Source: Perkinsus chesapeaki ATCC PRA-425
Taxonomy: Eukaryota > Protista > Perkinsozoa
Direction of reading: 5' to 3'
Length of the DNA stretch: 64,000 nucleotides
Assembly (NCBI GenBank): GCA_013115145.1
Contig: JAAPAO010000052.1
Span: 37,869 to 101,868, forward strand
The translations under genes and the position numbers were made by a program. Below, piece by piece: positions 11,010 through 24,291 of the stretch (the first letter of the stretch is position 1; each line of letters starts with the position of its first letter). Below the pieces are notes generated by a model. It was not told where the DNA came from. It did no database searches and worked only from the letters and a program-made list of their open reading frames with translations.

Positions 11010-13336
11010 TTAGTCACCACCCGAGGCCCCTGACATTTGTAGTTTCATCATCTTCGATCGCCGCTCACCTGAATAACAATGGCAAAGCATAACATTACAA
11101 GCATTAGCTAACCTTCATGCTGCTGTTGCATCCGAGAATGCATCATCATATGCCTTTGTCGTTTGGCATCCTTTAATTTCATACCATGACAGCAAATGCT
11201 ATTATTAAGCTGAACATCCTGGGGTTTGCAGGGGAGAGGGTGTTCAGTGGTTAAAAATGGATGCTCGAGACATTGAGGTGTCTGAATGGTACACGCTGTT
11301 GTCTACTTACATTAGTCACACTCACCCTAACCCGCTTCAATGGCTCCTTATGCAGCATTTGTAACACTAAGTCAGCTCCACCAATCGTTATGACGTTACG
11401 TAGGAGCTAATATAGGTACGCAAATGATATCAGACTTATAGCCGTACAGTGAGAAGTTTGCACTGTTGTTGATCGTCACCGGCAGATGCTCCAAGCTGCA
11501 TCATACCTGGGGTGCTGGGGTCTGGTAAAGATCGGATCTCTGGAGACGTTATCGGATCCTAGGAGAAGTGATATGAAACACTTACAAGACGGTACACTCA
11601 CCAGTGGAGTTAACGTCTTAAATGCTGGATTGCCTGGGTCGCCCGTTGGCTCTGCGCTCGGGGATGTCGGGGAGTCTGGTCTAGGCGGGGCCTTACCCTG
11701 ATAATAAAAATGACTAATACCCGTGTTGATCATAACGCGTACCGTGAACTCGTTGTAGAGCGGTAAATCCTCCCAGAATGGTGGGAAAGGTTCCCCAAGA
11801 TGCTCGACTATTAAGTTAAAAACCTACATTGATGTATTATGAAATAACAACGCTATATTTGAACACCGACGCCCTTCTCTTTATCTGCTGCAAAAATGGG
11901 TTTCTGCAAGAGTAACTCAGCCAGTATGGCGCCAACTGACCATATATCCACTTCTGGGCCATACGTCGTACCTAATGATGATAGTATCAACTAATAGGTG
12001 GATAATAGGCTGTTACTTCCAAGTAGTAGCTCTGGCGGTCGATACCAGAGAGTGATGACTTTATTAGTGTAGATATGAGGTAGGCCATCTCCTGCGTTAC
12101 TATCCTCACTAGAACACTGCCCTTTATCGGCCTAATCAAAAAAGGGTGAGTTCCTGTAAGAGGTGAAACACGTGTTACCTTCCGTTGGCGTTCCTCTACT
12201 CGCAAGACATCCTCCTCATCTGGGTCTGCTACTGACATACACTCTCTTGCTAGACCAAAGTCAGCTAGTTTGAGAACTCCACTGAAGAAAGCCTATAAAG
12301 CATTGGACTCTTGGCAGCAGGGTTGCTACTTCCTATCCACTAGCAGATTGGCACACTTTAAATCTCTGTGTACTATACCATTTAGGTGGCAATAATCTAG
12401 GGCCCTCAGCGTCTGAATTATCATGCACTTTACTTCTGGTATCTGATATACCGTAATAAAGGAAGATAACTCTACAGCTTACAGTTAGCATTCTTTTCCG
12501 TTCCTCTAGTATGCCGCTTAAATCATGTTGTGCAAACTCCTCCACCATATAGAGACTTCCTCTAAATAACAGGGCAGTCAATTAATGATAAGAAAAAATC
12601 ACAAATGATATATTCCACTTCAAAGGAGCCAACCAGTAGTACATATATACTGAGCTATATACTGTATGTGCATGATCTATTGTACGTCATCGCTGAGAAT
12701 CATAATACTATGTATAGTACAGAGGCAAGGGTAATGCTCCCCCTTACCTATTCCTATTATGTGCTGTGGCTGCACTACTGCATAACCCATATAATCTAAC
12801 AATATTGGGGCCATTAGCTAACTGACTTAGGATACGTATCTCTCTCACTACCTAACAATGAGGCAGATGAATAATATACATCATAATAGTAGTAGCTTAC
12901 AGATTTAGGTAGACCATCTTTACATACATCTCCTTCACCTAATCGTAACTTCTTTAAAGCAACAAGTATACCCGTTTTCTTATGGCGAGCCTTGAACACA
13001 GCACCATATGTACCTGTTAACTTTGAGTATTAATTAATAATAAGATATCTTTACTATACCTTGACCAACTTGCTCGAGCTTCTCAAATCCAGATATACCA
13101 TCCTTACATATCTCATCGGCTGTATAACCACTACTGCCAGCGTTGGTATATGCATCCCCCCTGCATGATGTATTATCATGCTGTTGCTTATCGTGTGATG
13201 CTTACCTATTATCGTTATTCCAGTTAGTTGATGAGGATGAAGACGAGGATTGAACGGTAAATTCCTGAGCATAGTAGGAGGTCCCAGCAGGGGGAGGCAT
13301 CACTGTAGATGATGATGAAGATGAACGGCCATACAT
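11010..13336 (-). CDS. Cyclin-dependent kinase, CDK12/13/CDKC-like
   Basis: QVGQGTYGAVFKA, VALKK, PKSVVREIRIL, IVHRDLKCANLL, LADFGLAR, YTNKVITLWYRPPELLLG, DLVLQMLHKEPLKR and CLEHPFL. Start Met uncertain. Confidence 0.88.
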
Positions 13337-13888
13337 TTTTAAAGAGTAGGCCGTCAAGATAACAGTCACATTGAGGTAACTCAAGTTGGGAAAGGAGAGG
13401 GAACCAGAAACGCAAGATGTAACATAGGCAATAGTCGGTTATGATAGTTATGATAGCATAGGACAGAGGACTCCTCTGAGAGGAGGATAGCCAAACAAGA
13501 GGACTTATAGGTTACACACAGAGAGCCTCAAGCAACAATTATTAGACACAATCGAATGAGCTACAATAGATTATGGGATCTTGCTAAAGACCCATTATAC
13601 TGAATCCACAAAGGTCACCCGAACACAAAGGTATGAGCTAATAGTAGATCAGACAAAAATTCAACAGTTAGTCTGCACCACTTCCTATATACGTTATATA
13701 ATGAAGTAGTAGTAGTATTATAGATAGAATAAAGGTAGTATACGAGTAGTAGGCATTATGTACACAAACTTAAATAGATTATAAGGTCAGCATCACCAAC
13801 AGCAGCAGCAGCCTCAGACTAAGAAGAGGCCTAGCCTCCACTTCGTATACGTTATATAGTAATTCTTCTTCCTCTTTATTAGTAATAT

Positions 13889-16800
13889 TTACTCACAAGA
13901 GCTCATGTGTCGTCTAGCATACTGTCGTTGGTCGTTGAGGCCTCTATAAAGTCCTCGCCAACCACTATCTCCAACACCAGCATTATCCTCTGTTACATCA
14001 TCTCTACGGTTACCATTCATACTACTGCTATTATTATGATGGCTACCTCGGGACTTTGTACTTCCTCGTCGATCCCCACCACGACGAGACTTCCTTTTTA
14101 TCTTTAAAGCGATAACTTCACGCGATAACCTTGTAGCCATAATAGCATGAAATTGCATAGCCGACTTTGGATGTTCATGTTCTAACCTCAATAAGCTATC
14201 TCTTGGTAATAATAATATGGTGGAATAAGAATCAGCTACCATCGTATTCGAATGTGGGTATACACCATATACTGCACTATCACATAAGAAGTCACCAGAC
14301 CCAACAACTCTTATACGATGGTTTTGACGTCTTGTTCTTGGTATATCCATAGCTGGACCAACCCTTGCTGCAGTAAGAGGGCTAAAGTCACCACCCATAT
14401 GAGTATGTACCCTCACTGGCCCTGTGTATAAGCTTAATTCTCCAGAGACTATCAAATACGCTCCTTTTGCTATCTGTCCTTCTTCATATACAACATCACC
14501 AAGTGATACCTCCATACGTTGCATTTTGGATAGTAATGGTTCCACTAGGGAGTCCCCGAATATCTTTGCAACCAATCGGCGACATAAACTGTTTATCATA
14601 GTAGCTCTATCTTCTTCTGACTCATATACTGGTTGTTGCTCATACATATCATAAGATAGATTAGCAAGATCCTCATAGCTCTCTAGGCTCGGTAGACCGG
14701 AATAGTGACTGAGATTAACACTAGATAGGCCAAAGTTATCTGAGGCAAGAACTCCTTCGTGTTCATCCTCAGCACCAATCAGTGATGATGTGGATGTATG
14801 GGAGGAGCTTCTACCAGGGAGCATGCCAGACTCCAACATCTCAAACTGTGATAGTTTAGTAACAATACATTTATCTTCTACATATTCTAAAGCTGTATCA
14901 ATATCATCAAACACCTTAGCTTGCTTAACAAACTTTTTTACTTGATTCACTAAATTATCTCGGGTGAGATTTGCAATGACAAATCTAGCACCATCGGCCA
15001 TGGGTAGAAGGCTAGGTATCTTATTAAGGGAGACTAATGCACTAGAGTCGATAGAGGTTAGGGATTCAAAGTCCAAGACTAGATAACGAGTATTCTTAAA
15101 ATCATTCGTATAACTAGTAAGGGCTTGAGAGAATCTAGCACCAGAACCAAAGAATAGACTATTAATGATTGTCTTTGCGACAACTATAGTCTTATCTTGA
15201 AAGGAGTCATCAAGTATATTCATCTCTTCTATTGTCCTAAAAGACATGTATCATAATAAGGAGAAGGAGGAAGGGTACGTGTTCATACCTAGCTTTGGTG
15301 CTCCTCACGTCAGTTTCAAATGTTACCACTGGAGCAGAGGATTCACGAAGTGTGAAATAACTAAAGATGGTATAATAAATGATAATATGTATAATGCCTC
15401 TTACATGCAGCATAAAGCTAGGCCTGCACAGATAGCCCATACCACTCCTTTGAATAAATACGTAACCTAAGTCAGTTATGGATGCTAAGCCAATAGATAT
15501 GATGTCGGCTGTTGTAAGGGGCCGGGAAAAGCACGAGCACACCTTACTGCAATCAGTGCCACGACGAACTTCTCTGAACCATTAACTAGATGTCTGGGAT
15601 CCCAAACCCCATCGAGTAGGTAACCAAAGGCTATATGATACAGCATACCTGAATAACAGGAATGTTATTATGATATTCAACACCACCTTTAGAGCCCCCC
15701 ATACCAGCAACCCATGGTTTAGGGACGAACTGGAGCAAGCTTTGACCAACAAGTAACCATACAAAACAGCTAACAGCATAAAAGAAGCCAGACCATCTTG
15801 TAGTGCCACCCCCAGCATCTTGATTAATACGGGTATTGGAATAGGACACATAAGAAGCGGAACCTGAATGGTTACTAGCAGGAAAGGTAAGGATGAATTA
15901 GCAGTTGTTGTTACCTCCCATAAGCCCACATACAGTATTTGAGACAGCAGCACGCTCTATCTCAGACTTCATGTTTAATTCTACATGGGATGCAGCTTCC
16001 AATGGGACCTGAAAGGGAGGGGTTATAGTATTGGAGCATAGAGTGAAGACGATGATGTACTTACAACTGCACCTGCACTCATATCAACAAAGTATACAAC
16101 AAACATAGAAAAGATAGCCACTGCATACTCAGAGAATAGGTAGCCGTAATCAAAGGTGAGAGGGTTACCATAGTCTTCAACAAGAGCAGTTAATGGTTGG
16201 TAAGGGAGAGAAGCAAACAACCATTTATTATCACGTGCTTCACTAAGTGATAAACCTAGTATACCGCAGATAAGACCATAGAGTAGAAAGAGTTCAATTA
16301 TGAATATACAAGGTAGTATAAGAGGGTTAGGGAACCATCGACTACCGAATCTATTCATAAGACCGCATAGACAACCAGCTATAGATTGAAGTAAAAGTGT
16401 TTCATCCGTCATAGTATGACTGAAATCAGCAAATGTTTTAATGGTGAATCCAACAGCAGTATCATTAGATGATTTACACATAGCTAAACCAACAGCCGTG
16501 AAGAAGCCATAGATGACTGGTTGAGGGAAACCAGACTTAATAGTATTAAGATAGTCTCTACCAATAAGTACTATGACAAATAGGAATAATCCAAATGCTA
16601 GAGTAGTTGCACCAAATATTGTTAGTACTTGCGATACAGCTAATTTAGCATTGCTACCAGCAGCTTCAACATAGGCAGCTGTGATGGTGGATAGGAATGG
16701 TAAACCAACACTTGAAGGGGCTGCTATTAAACCCTTTATCTTATGATTACAATGAAATAACTGACTAACCATAGCTGATATTAATATAGAGTTCTGGCAT

Positions 16801-17365
16801 ACACCAATCCATGGTGCAATAAGAGGATCAGAGAAGTATACTGAAGCCAAGGAGACGATACGAAACACAATAACCAAACCAGATATAACACCACCAGCCA
16901 CAGGCTTGGCCTAAGATAACAATGTGTATTGTGGTAGTGTAATAAATCCTACCATTGCCGATAATGATATGATCCTCCTTTTCTCATTGTGTCCACCATT
17001 ATTCTTATGCTCTGATGATCCATCGTCCGTCTCTAAAGGCTGCTGTTGCTGCTGAAGTTGATTGATGTTACGTTGTGGCACTAATAGGTTAGGAGCTGAT
17101 GCTGTACGGGTCAACTAAAGGAGGACTATCATGAAATGAAGGAAGTATTGCTTACTCCCACACCACCACTGGGTGAGCGATGAAGGGTTCGAGCTGGCCT
17201 GGTCGAGCTCCCTACAGTAGAGCCACTGCCACCAGCACGACCATCTTCGAGACTTTCTTCAACTGATATAGCACGAGCAACACTGTTTGACTTAATAATA
17301 TCTTCCTCCTCTTTTTTATGTGGCCTTTGATATCCTGAGTCTGATGATAAGAGCGGTACGTCCAT
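13889..17365 (-). CDS. SulP/SLC26-family anion transporter with STAS and cyclic-nucleotide-binding domains
   Basis: TM exon with FPQPVIYGFFTAVG. Large last exon with SLFFGS...YLVLDFESLTSIDSSA...FDDIDTALEYVED (STAS) and GDVVYEEGQIAKGAYLIVSGEL...GDFLCDSA (cNMP-binding). Confidence 0.85.
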
Positions 17366-17675
17366 CTTCAAGGTTAGTAGAAGTAGGGTGGTCGGGGGTA
17401 GGAGAAGAAGGAGAAGGGGACAATAACAAACTTTACAGTGCACCAATCAAAGCTAGAAAAGAACAGCAGATATGCGTACCCTGGAATATATATAACACTG
17501 ATACATCATAAAGAAACACACGAGAAGTGATGATGACGGTAGTGGTAGTGAAGAGGTGTTGATAAGAAGAAGATGATTAATGCAAGTCTACCTCTTCTTC
17601 TTCATCATCATCACTGCTATTTAACAGATCATCCCATTCCGAATCATCTGAAACCAAGCCATTATAATTGCATAA

Positions 17676-19849
17676 TTACAATTGTAAGGTCGGACCATCA
17701 TTACCATAGCCACCAGTCTCCTCCTCCTCATAATCATCAACATCTGTTATTATAGGTGGTTCCTGTTCATTTAATGTCTCACGTCCCTCCTTCTGCTTCC
17801 TCTTTTCATGGAACTCCTCTCGAAGTCTTTGCTTCTCATCCTTCTCATTCGATCTCTTTCCCTCTTCCCTCGTCTGGGACTTAGCCTTTGGCTGTTTAGG
17901 TGGTCGGATGGCTGTATAAGGAGGAGGAGTATAACGATGGTAGCGGAGTAGTAGCTTACATATAGATGGTAGTTGAAGCATTTCACGCATATTAGGGGAG
18001 TTACCAGCATCACACTCACTTAAGAATGATACTGAAATATAACATGTTACGAGTTGTTGAGGGGTCCCGCATGGGGGGGGCACTCCTTCAAGCTCTTGCT
18101 CACCTGCATCATAGTCCCTTTCTAGCTCCTTACCCTTACTTGTTAAAGGTAATACTTCAACCATACCTAGTATAATACTATGCCTTATAATAGAGCAGAA
18201 TACATACCTTTAGTTAAGCCATCTAAGTCAACCTTCCTATCGGGTGTGTTAAGGCACATAAAGGACAGGTTCTTCTTCTTCTTATTAGACTGTTGCTGAT
18301 TATCATCCCCTTCTCTTTTAGCGGCCACCACTGCTGGGTCTAGTTTCAACTGTAAGGTGGAGGATGTTAACTATGACCTAGTTGCTGCTGCTGCTGTTTA
18401 ATACCCTATATTTAGCAGTATCAAGTGCCACAACACGCATCCCTCTATGAGATTTCATAGCTTCTCTAACAACCTTTTTAACAGCATCGGGGAACTTGGA
18501 TCGATACCTTTGAAGAATAAGAAGAAATAACTGTATGACTGTAAGAGGTGGTAGTGTCATCACCCTATAAGCAAGCATTTCTGTCGACTAAGGCACATAC
18601 TGTCTAATTGCTTAGCGTTCTTAGCAAACCTAAAATACACCAAGATAGTAGCAAAGGTAGTCTCCATTTCACTACGCCTACCTTACAATAGGTCTTGTAT
18701 TGGCTTTAGTGAACTCAACTACAGTCTGAGAGTTAGCCATAGAGTTGGCGTTCAACTGGATAGGACGATCACCATTAGCAACTACGAATGCTGGCATGAG
18801 GTTGTTAGAGAACTTATATCTATAAGGTAAATGAGTGTAATGGTAGTAGTAGTACGGCGTAATGTAGTACTTCTGATAGATGCTTTTGCCTGTATCAGGT
18901 AAAGGCTGATGACAGTCCATAGTATAGGTTGATGCTATACCACGAAGGTCTCTATCAGCTTCTTTTAATACCTATATCAATAATACTATCGGGATAATCG
19001 TATTATGCCGGTGGCGACTGCCAATATCTTACAGGAGGTATCTTATTGACCTTGAGGCTTTTATCAAAACAGTAGACGAGAGCAGGCTCTCCAGATAGCA
19101 ACACCTTAGTAATGTGATGCGTTGTTGAGAGTGATGTGATTAACTGCTGCCTACCTGTCTTAAGGCTGTACTATCCTGGATATCGATATGCTTGAAACCA
19201 GCAGCGAAAAAGTCGTAAATTGTGAATACCTATTAGGTAGAATAAGTAACAGGTGGAGCAGGATGTAGTGGACTTACAGTAGATAGGGCGCCAGCACTGA
19301 ACAGTGATAAAAATAGTAAGCCTATGGATGCTTTCTTCCATGTAAACTAAAAAACATTAAGTCGATATGAGTTATCCTCCTCCTCCTTCTCAGTAAGGTT
19401 AATACCCCTTCAGAATCTCTGGATCGTTTAGTAGATGCAGCCTTCTGTGCAGCAGCTAATGCCCTCTCTTGCTTCCTGATAATAAACCATACCAACGAAA
19501 ATACCGTTAACAATCATACTCATCAACATTGGCATAATACACCTTCCCTCCTCCTCCTCCATTAGCTTGCTGCTGCTTACGATGGCGTGGTTGATTATGA
19601 TGATGTTTGGTATCCTCGTTAGTAGCACCTTCGGCTTTGAAGGACTCGAAGAGCGCTTTCTAAAAAACGCGCGAGTCAATATTATGAATTAAGAATAGTA
19701 GTAAGAATCTTCACCACCTTATCACTTCCAACTGCATATCTATCTACGTCATCATCCCCAAAAAGCTTAGCCATATCCTCCTTCTTAGGGGCATCACCAC
19801 CGACACCATCACCGGCACCATCTGCTTTATTACGAGATCGAGGGGCCAT
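17676..19849 (-). CDS. Type II membrane protein with a probable degenerate thioredoxin-like lumenal region and a charged C-terminus
   Basis: Spliced MAPRSRNKADG...; single TM KASIGLLFLSLFSAGALST; then GEPALVYCFDKS...TMDCHQPLPDTGKSIYQKYKF...PAFVVANGDRPIQL. The fold call is a guess and the 3' end is uncertain. Confidence 0.45.
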
Positions 19850-20116
19850 ATTATAATAGACCCAAAACTAAGTATGGTAATGGTTAGATTAGGTAATAAG
19901 AATACAACAGAGCACTATGGTTGGAGAAACTCTATTTAGAAAGTCACATTAGGTAGTAGACTAGGATAAATCAAGTACTGATAAGAATCAGTGTTAATAT
20001 CCTATTCATTATCATCATCATTATTACAATTACCACATAGCAATAGTAATATGAGAGGGTACGTTATCATACAAGATGAAGAAGAAGAACAGCAGTAATA
20101 AAGAAGAGTATCATCA

Positions 20117-23100
20117 TTATACTAATAATGCATCATGGACAAATGTACGGTATGATACTATATCGCTAAGTAAACCATCCACCTCAGCCTCAACACCAGC
20201 AGCAGCATCATCATCATCATCATCGGTTGTATGGTAGCCCTGCTGCTCTATGGTAGAATGAGGCACTGCCGGCGAGGGCATCATCATCATCCAGCTAAGG
20301 CATTATAATATAACTGTTATTAAAGTATATCTTACCTTAAATTAAGATGCAAATAGCGTTGATGGAATCTATTAATATAATCAGATAAGGTAAGGTATTG
20401 GGATATACGCTCCTGATAATAAAATATATAGGAAAGAGTAAACAACAAAGTAGTAGCAATAATAATAATAGTACAGCATCGAAGGTTAGTATTAATGTAG
20501 CTGGATTCTTAAGTAGCAATGATACTGTATCTTGTAATGCTCTAAAATCACCTAATAATGGAGGTTTATGATAATAACGAGTGCCTAATAGAGTAACACC
20601 TTCACCCCCATCATGGTCCATATCATCAACCTTCCTTCTAACATATGATAGTATATCCAATACAGTTCCTCTAGGATCTCCTCTATTAAGACTCAGAGGT
20701 ACCTACATCATCATTATTATTATTATGAGTATAATAAGTGTTATTGTTGTTGTATCATCCCCATACCTGGCATATATGGCAGAATACTCTAGCATCACCA
20801 TGATACTGGCTTGGGGTTCTAGACAAGTCATCTAAAGTGGGGCTCTTGTTATGGGGGTCATTACGGGTAATGGTACTATTATACCGTGGATGATGATGCT
20901 CTAACTGAATAAGATAATGAGTAAAATATATTACACATGATGATGATGATGACATACGTGGAAAGGTGTATCATACATACGAACGGTGCTGGGTGGCCTC
21001 TCAGTAGCGCAAGATGTCGGCGGTGATGGTGCTCTGTTAGTAGTCGTAGGGATAGGCAATCTCCTTATCGAGTCAAGTATAGACTGAGGATCCCTAAAGT
21101 ATAAGGCTGCTGCTGTTGCTGTTGCTTCTTATGTAGCACTAAGAGTAACTCTTACCTTAATAATGGATGACATGCTGTAGTCGCTAATGGTTCTCTATAG
21201 CATGGTCGACGTCTGACCATACGAGAGAGGTAGTCCTAATAAGAAACAGAGGATAGGAGGGAGAGTGTACTAGGCAGCAGCAGCAGGCTACTAAGAATAG
21301 TGGATCAAGATGACGACCAAATAGCTGCTTGCAAGTAGTGGTGGTCTGGTGAGCATCGGCTGTTGCTGTTGCTGGATCAGGTAGCCTGTCCTCCCATTGT
21401 TTGGGGCGTACACCAGTAATAGCAAATAATATAACAGCACCAAGTCCCCATACATCAACCTATTAGTAGGTAATAATTATATTATGATAATAAGGTATAT
21501 GGTTATTATTACTAAAGACCAGTCTATATCACTCAATAGGGATTCAATACTATGTACATCATAATCATCCTCATCACTTAACATCTGGAGTATATGCGCC
21601 ACCTGAAAGGGTATAATGGTAAATGGCAGTAGGAGCAGAGTATAGGGTATTACTACCTCTGGTGGATACCACCCTTCTTTAGCATGCCCCTCTGACAGTA
21701 TCTCCTTAGCTTTCTTCTTGACTATCATCCTCATTGTGGTATCATCATATTGCCTTCCACCTCCTTGGCCTGCTGCTGTTGTAGTATGACCCTCAGTCAG
21801 CTCGCTGCTGCTTGTCGAGCATGGTCTTATTTTATTAATTATATCCAACAGCTTAACTTTACCAATCTGACACATATTAACAGGCATACCAAAGCAGCAG
21901 CAGCAGCAGCAGCAGCTCGTAGACGTACATGATCGCCAATTCTAAAAATGACTCTAGATCCCGATGGTCGTGATCCTGATGGTAGATCGACTAATACATT
22001 ATTAGCTGATAATCGGCCATGATATATATTAAAGAACTGATAACAATAATACAAGTAAGGATGTTGTTATTGACGTATAACATGAGGCGTACATGCATAC
22101 GCTGTAGGCCTGCGGTCAAGTCTCTAGCTAATATCTGTACCATATCACCAGATAGTGCAGTACTAGATGGATCTGATAATATTAATAATAATAATATGAT
22201 GAAGGGTAATGTAAGTAGTAGTACCAGTAGTATCTATAGATGCACCAAAGCCTGCTAACATCTCATTCAATGACATATCACATTCTGTTATAGTAACCAC
22301 AATCTTACCAGTCGACTAAGAGAGCAGGCGTAATGCTATATTTGTAGTGCTAGTATTGGTGGATAATGATTAATACCTCCTCATATATATGAGATATATT
22401 AACAATATTAGTATGTGGTGATCGGGCCAATAATGCTAATTCACGGACTATCTGTCGTATACCCCCTACTCTTGACAAACATCTATTATGGTATATCTGA
22501 AGAAGAAGAAACCTTTAAGGATGATGATGATGACGATGCTAGTTACTGGCTCCTCGAAGGGTCCACTTGTTGAAGGTGATGATGTTGATGATGCTTTATT
22601 ATTAGATAATAGTATCTATCACTATTACTTATATCATTATTGTTATATATTACTACTACTACCTGATCTGGGAATACTCTTTGTAGGTTATGTAGGAATG
22701 CAGTAACATCTCTCTGTTGCTCCTCCCCTTCATCCTTTATCGGTATTATCTTAGCCAGGCATTGCTTACCCTGAGTATAACATAGTCGTACGCATAGTCA
22801 GTACATTATCATACGTCATCATCATCAATCGACTTGTTGCCATTTGTAGACAGCCTTCCTCCTCCTCTTTTTGTTCTTGTATCCTTCTCTTTAGCTCTAT
22901 GCACACCCTTCGCTCCATGGGCTATATTAGAGTATACCATCACTCTACCATCGCCCTAATACCCCATCATATTCTTTACCCAGTAGTAGTATTACCATAA
23001 TATCCCATACTCCTTCTCCTTGTTGTTCCTCTGTCTCGCTAAGCTCCCTACTAGATACCCCACTGGCCTCATTTGTAGTACTGGCTATAGACGGTGACAC

Positions 23101-24161
23101 CAATGCCATACCCCTCCTATCTCTAGCCGTTGCTCCTGCTACTGCCCCCGACTGCTGCTGCTGCTGCTGTCTGACCTAGAATATAATGATCTAACAAACG
23201 AGCATTGAGAATGATGGAGAGAGACCCCTATAATAGTAGTTGAATACATCCTGTTACTGTTTCCCATTATTAACTGTTTCAGTATACACTGTAGCTGCTA
23301 TGTCATCGACTATACTATTAATACTGTCATCTCCACTACTACCACCATCCTCATCATCATCATTAACAGCAAATGATGGTTCTCCTGCTACTAGCCCTCC
23401 TGATAGCTCTTGTTGATGCTGTTGTTGAGCTTGCCTATGTTGTGCACCACTACGGAGGAATGGTGCTAGACATTGACGTAGCTCATCTTGACCTAAGATA
23501 GTGTATATAATAATAGTAAGGTATATTAGTAATACTACTTAATGGTGATGCTCTTACTTCCTCTGGGCAATGGGCAAATGGACAGTAGTATCTACTTATA
23601 TACTATGTACTGTATTATTATAATAATATTATACCTAGTACAGCATACATCCTCACATAGGAGAGCTTTATATACCCATGGATGGAATAATACCTCCTCT
23701 TCAGAATGTGATAATCGGCAACTACGCCCAAGTGGACTGAAGGACTATAGGTATAAGGTATTGTTATATACAATAGTTTCTCACCATCTACATCTCATCC
23801 TTCTAGGCGGATGATGATGTGTAGTGTTATTATTATCAGTTGGATCAGTATCCATCATTATATAACACAATGCTTGGGAATAATGGTCACAGAGTCTCGG
23901 CTCATAACTATCAACAACAACAATACTATAACACGTGCTATTATTATATAGTATATCATTATTACCGATACTTTAATGGAGACCTCCTCCTCCATTCTAT
24001 ATTATGACTATATTGGCATCTACCTATACCATACTTACTGCTATATTATATTTATTATTATTACTAGAGAATAGGCATTCCCCAGTAGCAGCAAACCTCT
24101 CACAGGTACTGGTACGGAACTTAGCAATATCATCATTTGATAGTATCGCTGGTAAAGCCAT
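20117..24161 (-). CDS. CCCH (Unkempt/TZF-type) zinc-finger + IRE1/RNase L-like pseudokinase + KEN-like domain protein (possibly two adjacent genes)
   Basis: Zinc fingers: FRTSTCERF...RCQYSHNIEWRRRSPLKYRYEPRLC...CPLGRSCRLSHSEEEVLFHPWVYKALLC...YCPFAH. Kinase: LLAHGAKGVHRA, CLAK, RELALLARSPHTNIV, ITECDMSLNE, YHGRLSANNVL, EGWYPPEV, DVWGLG, LSRMVRRRPCYRE. KEN-like: VPLSLNRGDPRGTVLDILSYVRRK. Confidence 0.7.
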
Positions 24162-24291
24162 TATTATTATAACTCTCGGTGGCGTGTTACATTATAATAA
24201 TACTACTAATAACACAACACTCATACCTTTATCATGTATACAACAACCCCAACCTCTATATCATAATCATGGTAAGATGGTGATAATAACA

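Noticed and set aside
13440-13860. Coding-like fragments on the + strand between the CDK and SulP genes
   Set aside because: No consistent start or stop-free exon chain could be built.
20060-20130. C-terminal transmembrane anchor on the IRE1-like protein
   Set aside because: An in-frame TAA at 20117-20119 precedes the hydrophobic-looking stretch.
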